Shown piece by piece: positions 50,371 through 60,664 of a stretch of DNA of 64,000 nucleotides. How positions within the stretch are numbered: the stretch's first letter is position 1; the number at the start of each line of letters is the position of its first letter. The notes beneath the pieces are model-generated. The model had not been told where the DNA came from, did not search any database, and saw only the letters and a list, made by a program, of their open reading frames with translations. The translations under genes and the position numbers were made by a program. The stretch covers positions 372,001 to 436,000 of the forward strand of contig NIVC01000175.1 in assembly GCA_002269645.1 (NCBI GenBank), given 5' to 3'. The stretch is from Macrostomum lignano (taxonomy: Eukaryota).

Positions 50371-52088
50371 ACAATAGATTTCAAATAATAAAAATTCTTA
50401 ATTATCTGAGCTGCTGCAGATGCAGTTCTCGAGACGACAGCACAGCTCTGAAACAATCAGCACTGGCATGAGCGCATCCGATTGTTCACACGCAGCCCAT
50501 TCTCACCATTTCTCCAGCAAGAATTTTCATTCATTTCACAATGTCTCAAAAAGCACTCCCAGTTCTCCATCGGCAGCTCAACCCACACAATCTCACTACA
50601 CACTGAGGCCATTCTCAACTGAGATCAACCGGCACCCCATTGGATAGGAGACAGCCAGCCAATCACAGCTCAGCCAGAGACAAGCACAGCTGACTTGACT
50701 CTGATTGGCTGGTCTGAGACTGCAGCTCTCAGGCCACCAGCATAAAGACGGTCTAACGAGCTGCCTCAACACTGGTGACGTAATAAGCCTGGCCTAAGCC
50801 TCACCTTGGATGACGTGCTGGGCGAGAGTCTGGAGTGAAAGGCTGCTGAGTCTCTCCGACGCTTGTCCGATTGTTGTGGTCGGGCCGAATGAATTCCTGC
50901 AACTGCAATTGAGACACTCAAGCTTTTTGTTCGCAACATACTACTGTTGCGCTTAAATGCAGCAGTAGCACCTGCAAAAATTATTCAAGTAGCAAAAGGT
51001 ATTAAGTAAAGAAATTGATCGTTGTTCAGCAGTAGACGATTTTGAAACGTCAATATGAGCCCTCGAGATAAGTTTGCCGACACAGACATGCTTACCCAAG
51101 CTGCACTGCCCTAAGAATGAGTACACTCCTATGCCTTCTTAAGAAGCTTCCTGGGGAGCCGTGAAACTGAAACACCCTGCAAGAAGTTTATCACAATAAA
51201 TAACTACTTGATCCAACCCAAACGCAGACTTCTGAGCATTGTTCTCTAGCTGCTCAGGTGTAATCATGTGCGCCCTCGATTAAATTTAGGAGTATCCTTT
51301 GGTAAGGAAAGCTTAAATATAGCTGGACTCTTTTTTATGGCTTGTGGCCACATGCCGGTATGTTGATGTGTCAGCAGCATATAGTACTCAGTGTCCCCAT
51401 GCAAATCACAAGATGTGATCTGTCAGCAGCATTAACGTCCGTGATTTTCTAACCCCACTGGACAAGCAGGTTATTATACAAATGCTGGCAATAGAAAATT
51501 GCTTCGAGTTGAATTTAACTCTACACGATGCTAATTGAACACACCATAGTGCTTAGGATGCATCCACGCCAACCAAACTCGAACAGAGCTCCATCAGGTG
51601 CACACTGATATTTCGATCCGCCACGCTCTGAAGGCCTCGTCCACCGAAATCTGAATTCTATACGGGATTTTTCGGGAAGTTTCTGTAATTCTCAGGATCT
51701 CTCTACTCCATTCAGTCTCGTATCTTTGAGTCCTGTAACAGCGTGTCGAAATCTGTGATTGTTTCTATTGATTTTCAAACTCGCGCGCACTCGTCATTCA
51801 TTGAAGGTTTCGACCGTAGAAGTTAATAATTGAATTTCCAAAGTCATGTATATAGGGGAGTTTGTTTTTATTGAAAGTTCCGCAAGTTTTAAGATTTTTC
51901 GGTGCATAGAAAGTGTTTGTTTGTTTAAATCAAGGACTTCTTAAAACGCAGGACGTTACAATCGCGAATTTTTTAAAGTTGGAGGTAAAATGGCGTAGTA
52001 AATCAGGCTTGTAGTTTTACGAGCTATTATTCAGCAATAAACAAAAATGTTCACCCTCTTTTTGGAAGAATTTCCTCCCTCAGTTGAG

Positions 52089-52150
52089 TGACGACAAATC
52101 AATTCAACAGTTCGACCTCAGACTAATGGTCAATGGGTAGTTGAAGGGTG
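52089..52150 (+). repeat. 62-bp direct repeat, copy 1 (copy 2 at 54857-54918)
   Basis: 58/62 identical to 54857-54918. Confidence 0.9.
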
Positions 52151-53534
52151 GGACGCTTGCTGAGAACAAGTCCATTTAACAAGAGAGTCCATGTTTGAGG
52201 AAGAAGCGATTTTAGAACAGTCTATTCACATGTTAGTTCACAAAATTCTGCCGAGAATAGAGTAGACATTTTGTCTGTTGCTGAGTATATACACATTTCC
52301 CTTGTTCCTTGTATATGTCTGTCTAGTCTTACTATGGTCATAATGGAACTCTATGGTCATAATAGCTCGTAGGCAAAAAATTATGAGCAAACAACCAAGC
52401 CTATAGTTTCCATGACAACAAGGAAAAAAATTGCAAACAGTACAAAACTATTATTGAGTTGATCAGAACATTCTCAGCTGAAACTTTGTTAAATCATCAG
52501 GGCTGTCAAATCTGCCCCTGAAAACTTGGTCATCTATGAAGCTGCAGCGAATTAGTGTACGAGCTAAAGCTAAGCTAAGTCTGGACAATTGCGGGCACCG
52601 AAAAGCGACCTGAAAAATCCCAGCTGCACTAGCCTCCCGCTCATCAGAAACTCGTTGTTTCAACAAGTGATTTTCAGTTCGAAAAGAAAGATGAATAAAA
52701 ACATTTTATTAAAAACTTAGATCAAAGAGCACTTCTATAAAGAGAGCAACAATATAACAATACGAGCGTAAACTGAACTTCAACAAAAGATTTTTACGAG
52801 CTACATAGGATATCGGATGGGATAAGAAACGCTCGTAGTGTTGTGCTACAGGCCGGATCGCAATTCTAGCTGTCCCAGAGGACGAGCCGTAGATGGCGTC
52901 AGTCAACTGGCCGGACTGACTTCGGACTCTGAGCAGGGGATCGCGTCAGGAGACTTAATCAGCCCGTCCCTATTGCACGGATTAATTCCCGCCAGTCCCT
53001 CAAATAAGAAAGACACGCGACTCACTCTGTTTCTTCGGGCAACAGCGGTGGCGGCAGCAGGTGTGACTTCTGTCAATTTCTGGCGAACGTTCAAGCACAG
53101 TCTGGCTTCTGAGTAAGTTCAGTTCAGTAAGTTTAGCATTGAAATAGCGTCTTGCACAACTCAACCAAGAAGATGCCTCCCCTACTGCCGCTCCTGCATT
53201 TATTTATATTTGTGCTAGCTGATTAAGCCCTGGGTATCGCCACCCCAGGCCCAGCTAGGCAAAATTACGAGTCTTATAAAAGTCTTACAAGGTCGTACAA
53301 AACCGGGGTCGCGATTGGAGGAGAAAAACACAAACCGATTGGCTGGACCGCCAACCAATCGCAGGGCAAGGGAGGGGCGCACTGGGGCCGCAGCCAGCCA
53401 AAACCGGCTGGCTCAACAGACAGTGGGGTTGGGTGCAGCTGGGGGGGGGGTCTGACGCAGACAGAATGGGTGGTTTGACGCGAGCAGAATGGGGGGCGGG
53501 TTTGCGCAGGAGGGCGGCTGGGAGGGGTGGGAGT

Positions 53535-54813
53535 CATGGATGAATAATATAACTGGATCGCCAGAAGCTCGATTTTTTGGTCCTAGCCATAGACAAGCAC
53601 CAGCATCACAAGAAGCTCAGAATGCCGTACTTTCACACATAGACAAATAGCCGCTGCAGAAGCTGCAAACCTTTATTTATGAAGCATTCTATTTTATGTC
53701 CAAGCACATGCTCGCAATATATGCAGGGCGGCAAAAGATGGCTTCGCGAGATGAATAAGGACGTCAGAATTTGTGCTGCAATCGGATGCCTATCCAAAAG
53801 TGGACAAGGCACGAAACCTGTCACCCTTTTTTCTTATCCAATCGGTGATCCGTATCGACTAGCGCAGTGGAACAGCAATGTGCAAGCAAAGTCACATTTC
53901 AAATTCGGAGCTCGTAAGTTCCTTTGTGAGCTGCACTTCGAACAACGAGACATGCAGGCTCATGGGAGGAGCAAGCGACTGATGACTGGCGCAGTTCCGA
54001 AGCTTGAGTGGACTAAGCTTGAACCGCAAGAGCTCACTGATTTCCACGATCCAAACTCTTATGCAAACGAAGCTACTGGAGACTGTGAGTTTGAGATGCC
54101 GATGCCTGTCAGTTGCAGCGCGGCAACCACACGCACATCAGTTGACCCACCACCAAACACCCGACAGCGCCTGTTGATGCGGCTAAAGCACAAGAAGCGC
54201 ACGATTAAGACTTTTGGTCCACGCGTTGCAAAATGGAAAAGTACCGAAGCGACCTTAAAACATCAATATTTTCTAGTGCAGGCGATTTCTAAGAAATATC
54301 TTTGCATTAGGTTGCGGCATGTACTTCGGAGGCTTAATGCTGTGAACACAACAACTGTGCGTCAGATGCTAACAAAAAAAATTATTTTCATGGGTCAGTG
54401 ACTTCAAATTAGCATTGTGCGGGTGACGCCTTGAATTTATTGTCTTTACTTGACTCTCATTTGTCTTGCGCGGTTTGCTTGCAACTCATTTGGCTGTTTG
54501 TTTTCGCCTTTTATTGTTTGTTTGTTTGCTGTCTGTCTACGTGCTTACTTGCCTACTTTCGTGTCTGTTATGTATTAATTCCTTTACATATTCGTTTTCT
54601 TCTTTGCTTGCCTTCACATTTGCAATATTTTCACTTATCCTACTAAATATACCTTATAAGGTACTTATAAATAAAAATTTGCAGCTTCTGCAGCGGCTAT
54701 TTGTCTACGTGTGAAAGTACGGCATTCTGAGCTTCTTGTGATGCTGGTGCTTGTCTATGGCAAGGACCAAAAAAATCGAGCTTCTGGCGATCCAGTTATA
54801 TTATTCATCCATG
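53535..54813 (+). mobile_element. Non-autonomous P-element-superfamily DNA transposon, 1,279 bp, with ~146-bp TIRs and an 8-bp TSD
   Basis: TSD GTGGGAGT at 53527-53534 and 54814-54821. TIRs 53535-53680 and 54667-54813 differ by 4 substitutions and 1 indel. The terminus CATGGATGAATAATATAA resembles the Drosophila P terminus CATGATGAAATAACATAA. Internal THAP ORF. Confidence 0.93.
53751..54401 (+). CDS. THAP zinc-finger protein, 216 aa from the ATG at 53751 (ORF open from 53679); truncated P-transposase N-terminus with no catalytic domain
   Basis: C2CH THAP signature CAAIGC...LFSYP...W...LCELHF...AVP at the N-terminus, then a basic helical segment; ends well short of a transposase core. Confidence 0.85.
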   Translation: MNKDVRICAAIGCLSKSGQGTKPVTLFSYPIGDPYRLAQWNSNVQAKSHFKFGARKFLCELHFEQRDMQAHGRSKRLMTGAVPKLEWTKLEPQELTDFHDPNSYANEATGDCEFEMPMPVSCSAATTRTSVDPPPNTRQRLLMRLKHKKRTIKTFGPRVAKWKSTEATLKHQYFLVQAISKKYLCIRLRHVLRRLNAVNTTTVRQMLTKKIIFMGQ

Positions 54814-54856
54814 GTGGGAGTGCAATGCCGGGCACACTTGACCGAGAGCCAGAGAT

Positions 54857-54918
54857 TGACGACAAATCAATTCAACAGTTCGACCATAGACAAATGGTCA
54901 ATGGGTGGTTGAAGGGTG
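54857..54918 (+). repeat. 62-bp direct repeat, copy 2
   Basis: 58/62 identical to 52089-52150. Confidence 0.9.
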
Positions 54919-55074
54919 CAAATGTACCCGGGCACAACAATAGAAAGAAACAGTAACTGAAAAAATTATCATAAGCCTCTTAGTCTGCTTCTTAGTCGCA
55001 TTTAGAATTTAAATAAATATTAAAAATTTGAAGAGATCGAAAAGAGGGAAGCTCCCGGCTGCATGCTTCTTTCG

Positions 55075-55931
55075 TCATCCACCCGTTAGGAACTCGTGCT
55101 GAAGCAGTTCCTGTGCTAAGTTTCTCTCCTTGCGGTCCTTGGTGGTGCAGCGGCTGTAGAAATCCCTCAGCTGTGCGGACCGGCCGTCCGGCAGGGCGGG
55201 GGCGCCATTGTTTGCGAGGCTCCAAGCAACTTGAAAAATGTTTTGAGCGTCTCTGAACGGCCTCGCGCCAGACACCATCTGGAAGACCGAGCAGCCGAAC
55301 GCCCAGATGTCCGACTCTCTGCTGTACTGCATGCTGTCCGACTCTCCCGCTCCAAGCAGCTCTGGCGCCATGAAGTTCAGAGTGCCTTTGGGGGCTGCTT
55401 TGGAGTCCGAGATGTGGCTGACTGACTGCTCCAGCTTGATTGATAGGCCGAAGTCGATCAGCTTGATTCGCGAGTTGTCAGCACAAACAATTATGTTCGA
55501 GCAGTTGATGTCTCTGTGGATCACGGGCGGCTGCCGGCTGTGCAGGTAGAGCAGCGCGCGGCAGATCTGCGAGCGGTCGGTCAGTGAGCAGTCATCATTC
55601 ATGGGAACATGGAACAGGAGCATCGATAAACCTCTCCAAGCTTCGGCCGTCCAGCAGCTCCATGAACACAACAACTGTGGCGGGCTCCGGCTGAGCGATG
55701 TACAAGAACCTGACGATGTTGGGATGCAGCAGTCGGCACAGGTTTCTCTCGCTCTCAATAGCTCTGTGGATCTCTGTCCTCACAGAGGGCAGCTCATCAC
55801 CGAGCTGCACAGTCAGTTTGAGTGTCTTAGCAGCGCACCTGACGCCTGTGTCAGTGAGCACCTCGTAAACTTCGCCGAAGCCTCCCCTTCCGATGAGGCG
55901 AACTGCATCCCATCGCTCCAGATATGGGCAT
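55075..55931 (-). pseudogene. STE11/MAP3K-like kinase module (B); N-lobe from 55931 and C-lobe 55566-55075, with the alpha-E junction and donor apparently deleted; probably the last exons of the gene continuing at 56154-57998
   Basis: GRGGFGEV, CAAK, HPNIV, HRDINCSN, DFG, APE, DIWAFGC; close paralog of 58944-59918. The N-lobe frame stops at 55595 and is out of frame with the C-lobe. Confidence 0.75.
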
Positions 55932-56153
55932 CTACGAGCGTATGATGGGGTTCCGGACAACTTTTAAATTATAAAGAAACGCTAGATCGATCAGATTATC
56001 TTTTAAAAAGTTTTAGGAAGCCCCTCATTTAATAGATTTACACTACAAAACTTTAGTAGCTAGCCGCTTGTTTTAAAACATAGCTACTCGTAGTATAGCT
56101 AGAAGCAAACCAACTACCAGTATTTCGTCAATACTCCAAGCAGATCAACTTAC

Positions 56154-57998
56154 CCTTCTGTCGAGCGGTCCAGCAGCTGCACCAACTCTAAATTTTGATG
56201 TTGCTCCGCTAGCTGCGTACAAGTCAGACCTCGACCGTCTCGATGACTCGGATCTGCTCCTTTGAGTAACAAAATCTTTGCAGCAGTCAAATGACCCGCT
56301 TCGCACGCTCGTGACAGAGCGGTCCGACTCTGACTATCTACGGAATTCACTGATGCACCGAGATCCAACAGTTTCTCAATAAGTTCATGATAATTTCCAT
56401 CTGCTGCCAGCATGAGAGCAGTGGCTCCCGTGTTGTCTGGCAAATCGACATGCTCTCGGCTGAATGTCTCGTCATTGGTCAGTCTTACGGAAAGAGTGAT
56501 ATGCCGCTCAGAGATACAGAGACGGAGCATCTGCGTGATCTGAGCTGGCTGCATTCTAGACTGTACTGGAGACAGAGTGTCAGTTAAAAAAGAGTTCATG
56601 CCCTCAGTAGCCAGCGAGGCAAGGAAGCTCAGGATGGGGCCAGATTCTAAGAGCCAGTCAGGCTCGAGACCAAGAAAAGCAACGATGTTTTCTTGATGGA
56701 GACGAGAGCAGGCCATGACTGCGCATCTGCGACGAAAAAGTAGTTTTGATTCCGGGCTTTGAATGCACTTTAGAACCTTTTTGATAACATGCAACTTTTG
56801 AGACTCTTCAGAAGATTCCACTGTCTCCATGCAGAACTTGACGGTAAGATCTTGGTCTGAAACTTTTTGTACCAGAAATTCAACATCTTTCCATCGAATT
56901 TTGCCGGCAGCAGCTTTTGCTGCTCTAATACAGCAGTAGTCTTTCGTAACTTGGTCAGCGACTTCCTGCACAAGCAACATAGCAACTTCGAAATGACACT
57001 TTTTTGCCGCAAACTTCACTACTTTTTTGCAGCACTGATCTTTCACGGTTTGGTCCGGGATTTTCTCCAACAGAATTTTAACTACTTCCAGCTCATCTTT
57101 ACTTTCGTTTTGAGCAGGATTTGCTACCGCCGTGGACTGAGCACCTCCGGTTTTTTTAGCTATTGTATCTATCAAAAATGACACCACCTCCCACTGATTT
57201 GATTGGTCGCCAATAGCATCAGAGACTGCATCAGGCATATGTTGTGCAGTTAAAGGGTCATTTGATATCTTCAATTGAGTCAGTTGTTGTTCAGTATCGT
57301 CTGTCTTCTGTAAATAATCCAGTGTCTGCTGTCTCTGCTGCTGCATTGCACGGACATCGCACTGATTCCAGACTTGGCTCACTTGAGTAAATGTAGCCCG
57401 GTTTTCCGGGTTGACTTGAGCAGTCATGCGCATAATTTCTATGGCTTTGTCCCGCTCTTGAGATGGCTCAGGATTGCAACCAATGATCCTTCCTTGAAAG
57501 CTGTCAAAGTGTTTCCCCTCCAACACCATCCTTTTATAATCATCCTTGGCACCTTCATCACTGAAGCATTCTCTGACAGAAAACTCAGCAAGAACCTCAA
57601 CTATTAGGATTCCGTAGAGATATCGATCTCCATATTTATCGGGCTGTTTGCAAGTGTCAGCATATAATTCAGGCAATAGACGTTCGAGTCCTCTCTTCTT
57701 TTCGAATTCCCAGGTGTCAGCTGTCATCACGGAATGAGGAAGACTCTTTGCCAGTCCAAAATCAGCTATCTAAAAGAAGCAAAGAGCAGGCTGTTTAACT
57801 TGAAATATCAAATTACCTGTAAATCAATTTTCAAAGCTAAATTACCTTAGCATTTAAATGAAAATCAATTAGAACATTATCGGCCGACAAGTCTCTGTGA
57901 AGGATAATCTTCTCTTGGTTCTGTCCTTCTTGAAGGTACTGGAAACCATAGGAAACTTGAAGCATCCATAGGCTTTTGAGGCAAAGACGAGGCCTTTC
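56154..57998 (-). CDS. TKL-like (probably degenerate) kinase C-lobe + helical Cys-containing repeats + canonical ankyrin repeats (D); exons 57998-57846 and 57769-56154; 5' end unresolved
   Basis: HRDLSADN, NAK|IADFGLAK across a 76-nt phase-0 intron, and ankyrin repeats TGATALMLAA and QSRTALSRAC. Ends in the consensus donor GAAGG|GTAAGT (phase 2), which overlaps the apparent stop codon. Confidence 0.8.
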
Positions 57999-58943
57999 CT
58001 GTAAATTTTTGTGCAAACATGGTGACAGCATGATTCTAATACCCAATAAGCATAAGCAAGTGACGTATTTAAGTTTTGCTAATTTTTCGCAGAGAATACG
58101 AGCAAAGCGCACGCATACGCCTTATAAAACGATGAGAGCGTTCAGATAGTTTGGACAGCAGAATCTTGCGCACACTGCTGCACAATAGCAAACCAAACTG
58201 AAACAATTTCAATCTCAGCTACACCTTTCGTGCATTCTTCGAATGTTCAGACTCGTAGAGTATTATCTTTCCAGCCGCGAGCACAACTCACAGAAAGTAC
58301 AGTCCACAAGTAAAGTTGCTTGTAAGCTTCATCTGCAGCGAATACGAGATTATGACTTCGTTATTTCTTGTTCAAGCGATCTGTTGCTGTTGCTCACACT
58401 GCAGGCACTTTTACCGGCGTAGACAGGCGCGCAGTCCGCGTTTCGTGCATGCTGCATGTATGCTCGCGCCAGAGTCTTGAGCTATGCGCTCTGGGTTGAC
58501 GCTGATGTCCTTTTCTTTAGGAACTTTCAACAGCGTCAATTTTACTGGATCATACTGTACTCTGAAGATGATTGCCATGGCAATGAGGATATGAAACTTG
58601 CATGGTCTAACCACATTGTAAAAAAGAGCAAATACAGTTTAGAAGGATGGATGTGATATTAGACTCGTGGATAAATGATGGTTTGTGAATTCTACGCTTG
58701 GAGTTCCGTCCGTAGAAAGGAATTTTTTAAGAATTTGTTTAGAAAAACTTATCATGGCCATTCGGAAACAAAATGTTATTGACAAAATTTGTATTTTTAG
58801 GAGATTATCAGATGTTTTAATCACAACTGGTGTCATACTCGCGTTGTACGTTTGTAATACTCTTAAAATGTTTATGCAATAAAACTGTAAAATATGGTTC
58901 TTCCACAGCAGGAAACCAATCAAAATCAATCAACCAATCAAAG

Positions 58944-60664
58944 TCATTTTCTGTCGCCAAATAGTCCACCAAACTTTCTCTTTGAACTTTGCAACCTCTG
59001 ATTAGTCAGAAACTCGTGCTTCATCAGCTCCTGGGCTGGCAATCTCTTCTTGCATTTGTTGGCGGTGCATCGGCGGTAGAAATCCTTGAGCTCAGCTGAG
59101 CAGCCGTCAGGCAGAGTGGGTGCTCCACTGCTTCTCAGTCGCTCCGGCAGAGTCCAGCTGTTCTTGTGCTCAGCAAAAGGCCGCCCACCAGTGGCCATCT
59201 GGAAGACTGAGCAGCCGAACGCCCAGATGTCCGACTCTCGACTGTACTTTGGAGTGTCGGAATCGTTTGGAGCGAGCAACTCCGGTGCCATGAAACTCAA
59301 AGTGCCTTTTGGCGAAGCAGAGGACGCTGAGATGTGACTGACTGACTGCTCCAATGTGACTGACAAGCCAAAGTCGATTAGTTTAATGAGCATTGTGTTC
59401 GTCAGTACAATGATGTTGGCACAGTTGAGATCTCTGTGGATTACAGATGGATCTCGGCTGTGCATGTAGTGCAGAGCGTTGCAGATCTGCAATCATAGAA
59501 ATTACAGATTATTTAAGTTTATTGCAGTAATCAGATTGTGTCAGAAGTACTTTTTAGAAGTACCTGCTTGCTGAAATCTCGTATTTTGTTTTCATCCAGC
59601 GCTGTCTTATCGATAAAAGCTTCCAAGGTTTTTCCGTCCAGCAGCTCCATGAACACAACGACTGTGGCGGGCTCCGTCTGAGCGATGTACAAGAACTTGA
59701 CAATGTTGTCATGTTGCAGTTGACACAGGTTCTTCTCTCTTGAAACCACTCTTTCGATCTCATTGCTCACCAAGCCCTGTTCTGCACCGAGCTGCACAGG
59801 CAGTCTGAGTATCTTAGCAGCGCACGTGACGCCTCTGTCAGTGCGCACTTCGTGAACTTCGCCGAAGCCTCCCCTTCCGATGAGGCGAGCTGGATCCCAG
59901 CGCTCCCGAAATGGGCATCTATGATGGGGTTGAGACAATAAATTACGAATGAATGGGTATAAAACATGAACAAAAGGCAGCGCTTACTCGATAGCGACAG
60001 CTGTAGACAGTTGGGCAGCGAGCGACTGAGCTCCCTGCGGCTGCTGACGCCCGGCAATCTAGGCCTGCTTGCTCTCTCTTCTGTTTGTGTTGGTGTCTTT
60101 CTCAATCCAGTCAATAACTGTTTCGTCCTCGCAGTTCTTTAACTCAAAAAACTCCCATCCAAATTTGGCCAACAAGAACTTTAACGTATTTAGTGACTGA
60201 TACCTGGCAGAATAATGAATGGCCGAGTTTCCGAGTCTGTCAGTGGCGACAAAGTACTCCTTGCCAAGCTCCTTTGCTATCCACCTTAGCGACGAGCTGC
60301 TCGATTCGTTTGTAGCGGCATAGTGAACCACTGTCCCGCCCGAGTTCGCTGGCACCAAAAAGCACTCGCTGCCCAAAAAGTTTCGACAAAGCTCCATCCA
60401 AGTTTCGTCCTTATACCTCGCCGCCAAGTGCACAGGAGTTTCTCCTGTAACGTTTCTGCAAGCCAGACATTCATCTCCGAATTTGTCTACCAGCTTTCTG
60501 AGGCAGAGCAGATCAACAGGATGACTGGCCACGTGATGCGCTAATAAGGCATTCAGCGAGTATACCTGGAATTCGACGTTGCTATCGAGTGAATCGTATA
60601 AACTTAGCAATTCGTCGCTATCTTTCGCCACCAACGCCGATCGGAGCTTTGACTCAATCTGCAT
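58944..60664 (-). pseudogene. Ankyrin-repeat + STE11/MAP3K-like kinase (gene C) with one in-frame TAG at 60061-60059; exons 60664-59988, 59918-59564, 59486-58944
   Basis: Ankyrin domain is paralogous to gene A. Donor GA|GTAAGC and acceptor CATAG|A are phase 2; intron 2 is 77 nt, phase 0, at Q|IC as in gene A. Kinase motifs GRGGFG, HRDLNCAN, DFG, APE. The TAG aligns with a Trp of gene A. Confidence 0.8.

Noticed and set aside
53679-53750. Upstream ATG at 53679 as the start of the THAP protein
   Set aside because: It begins at the TIR edge and adds 24 non-conserved residues; THAP domains normally start within a few residues of the N-terminus, favouring 53751.
58120-58620. Fragments (IFRVQY..LLKVP; SLEQEI; HNLV) that might encode the missing N-lobe of the TKL-like kinase
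   Set aside because: They are in different frames with stops, and I found no phase-consistent splice path to 57998.
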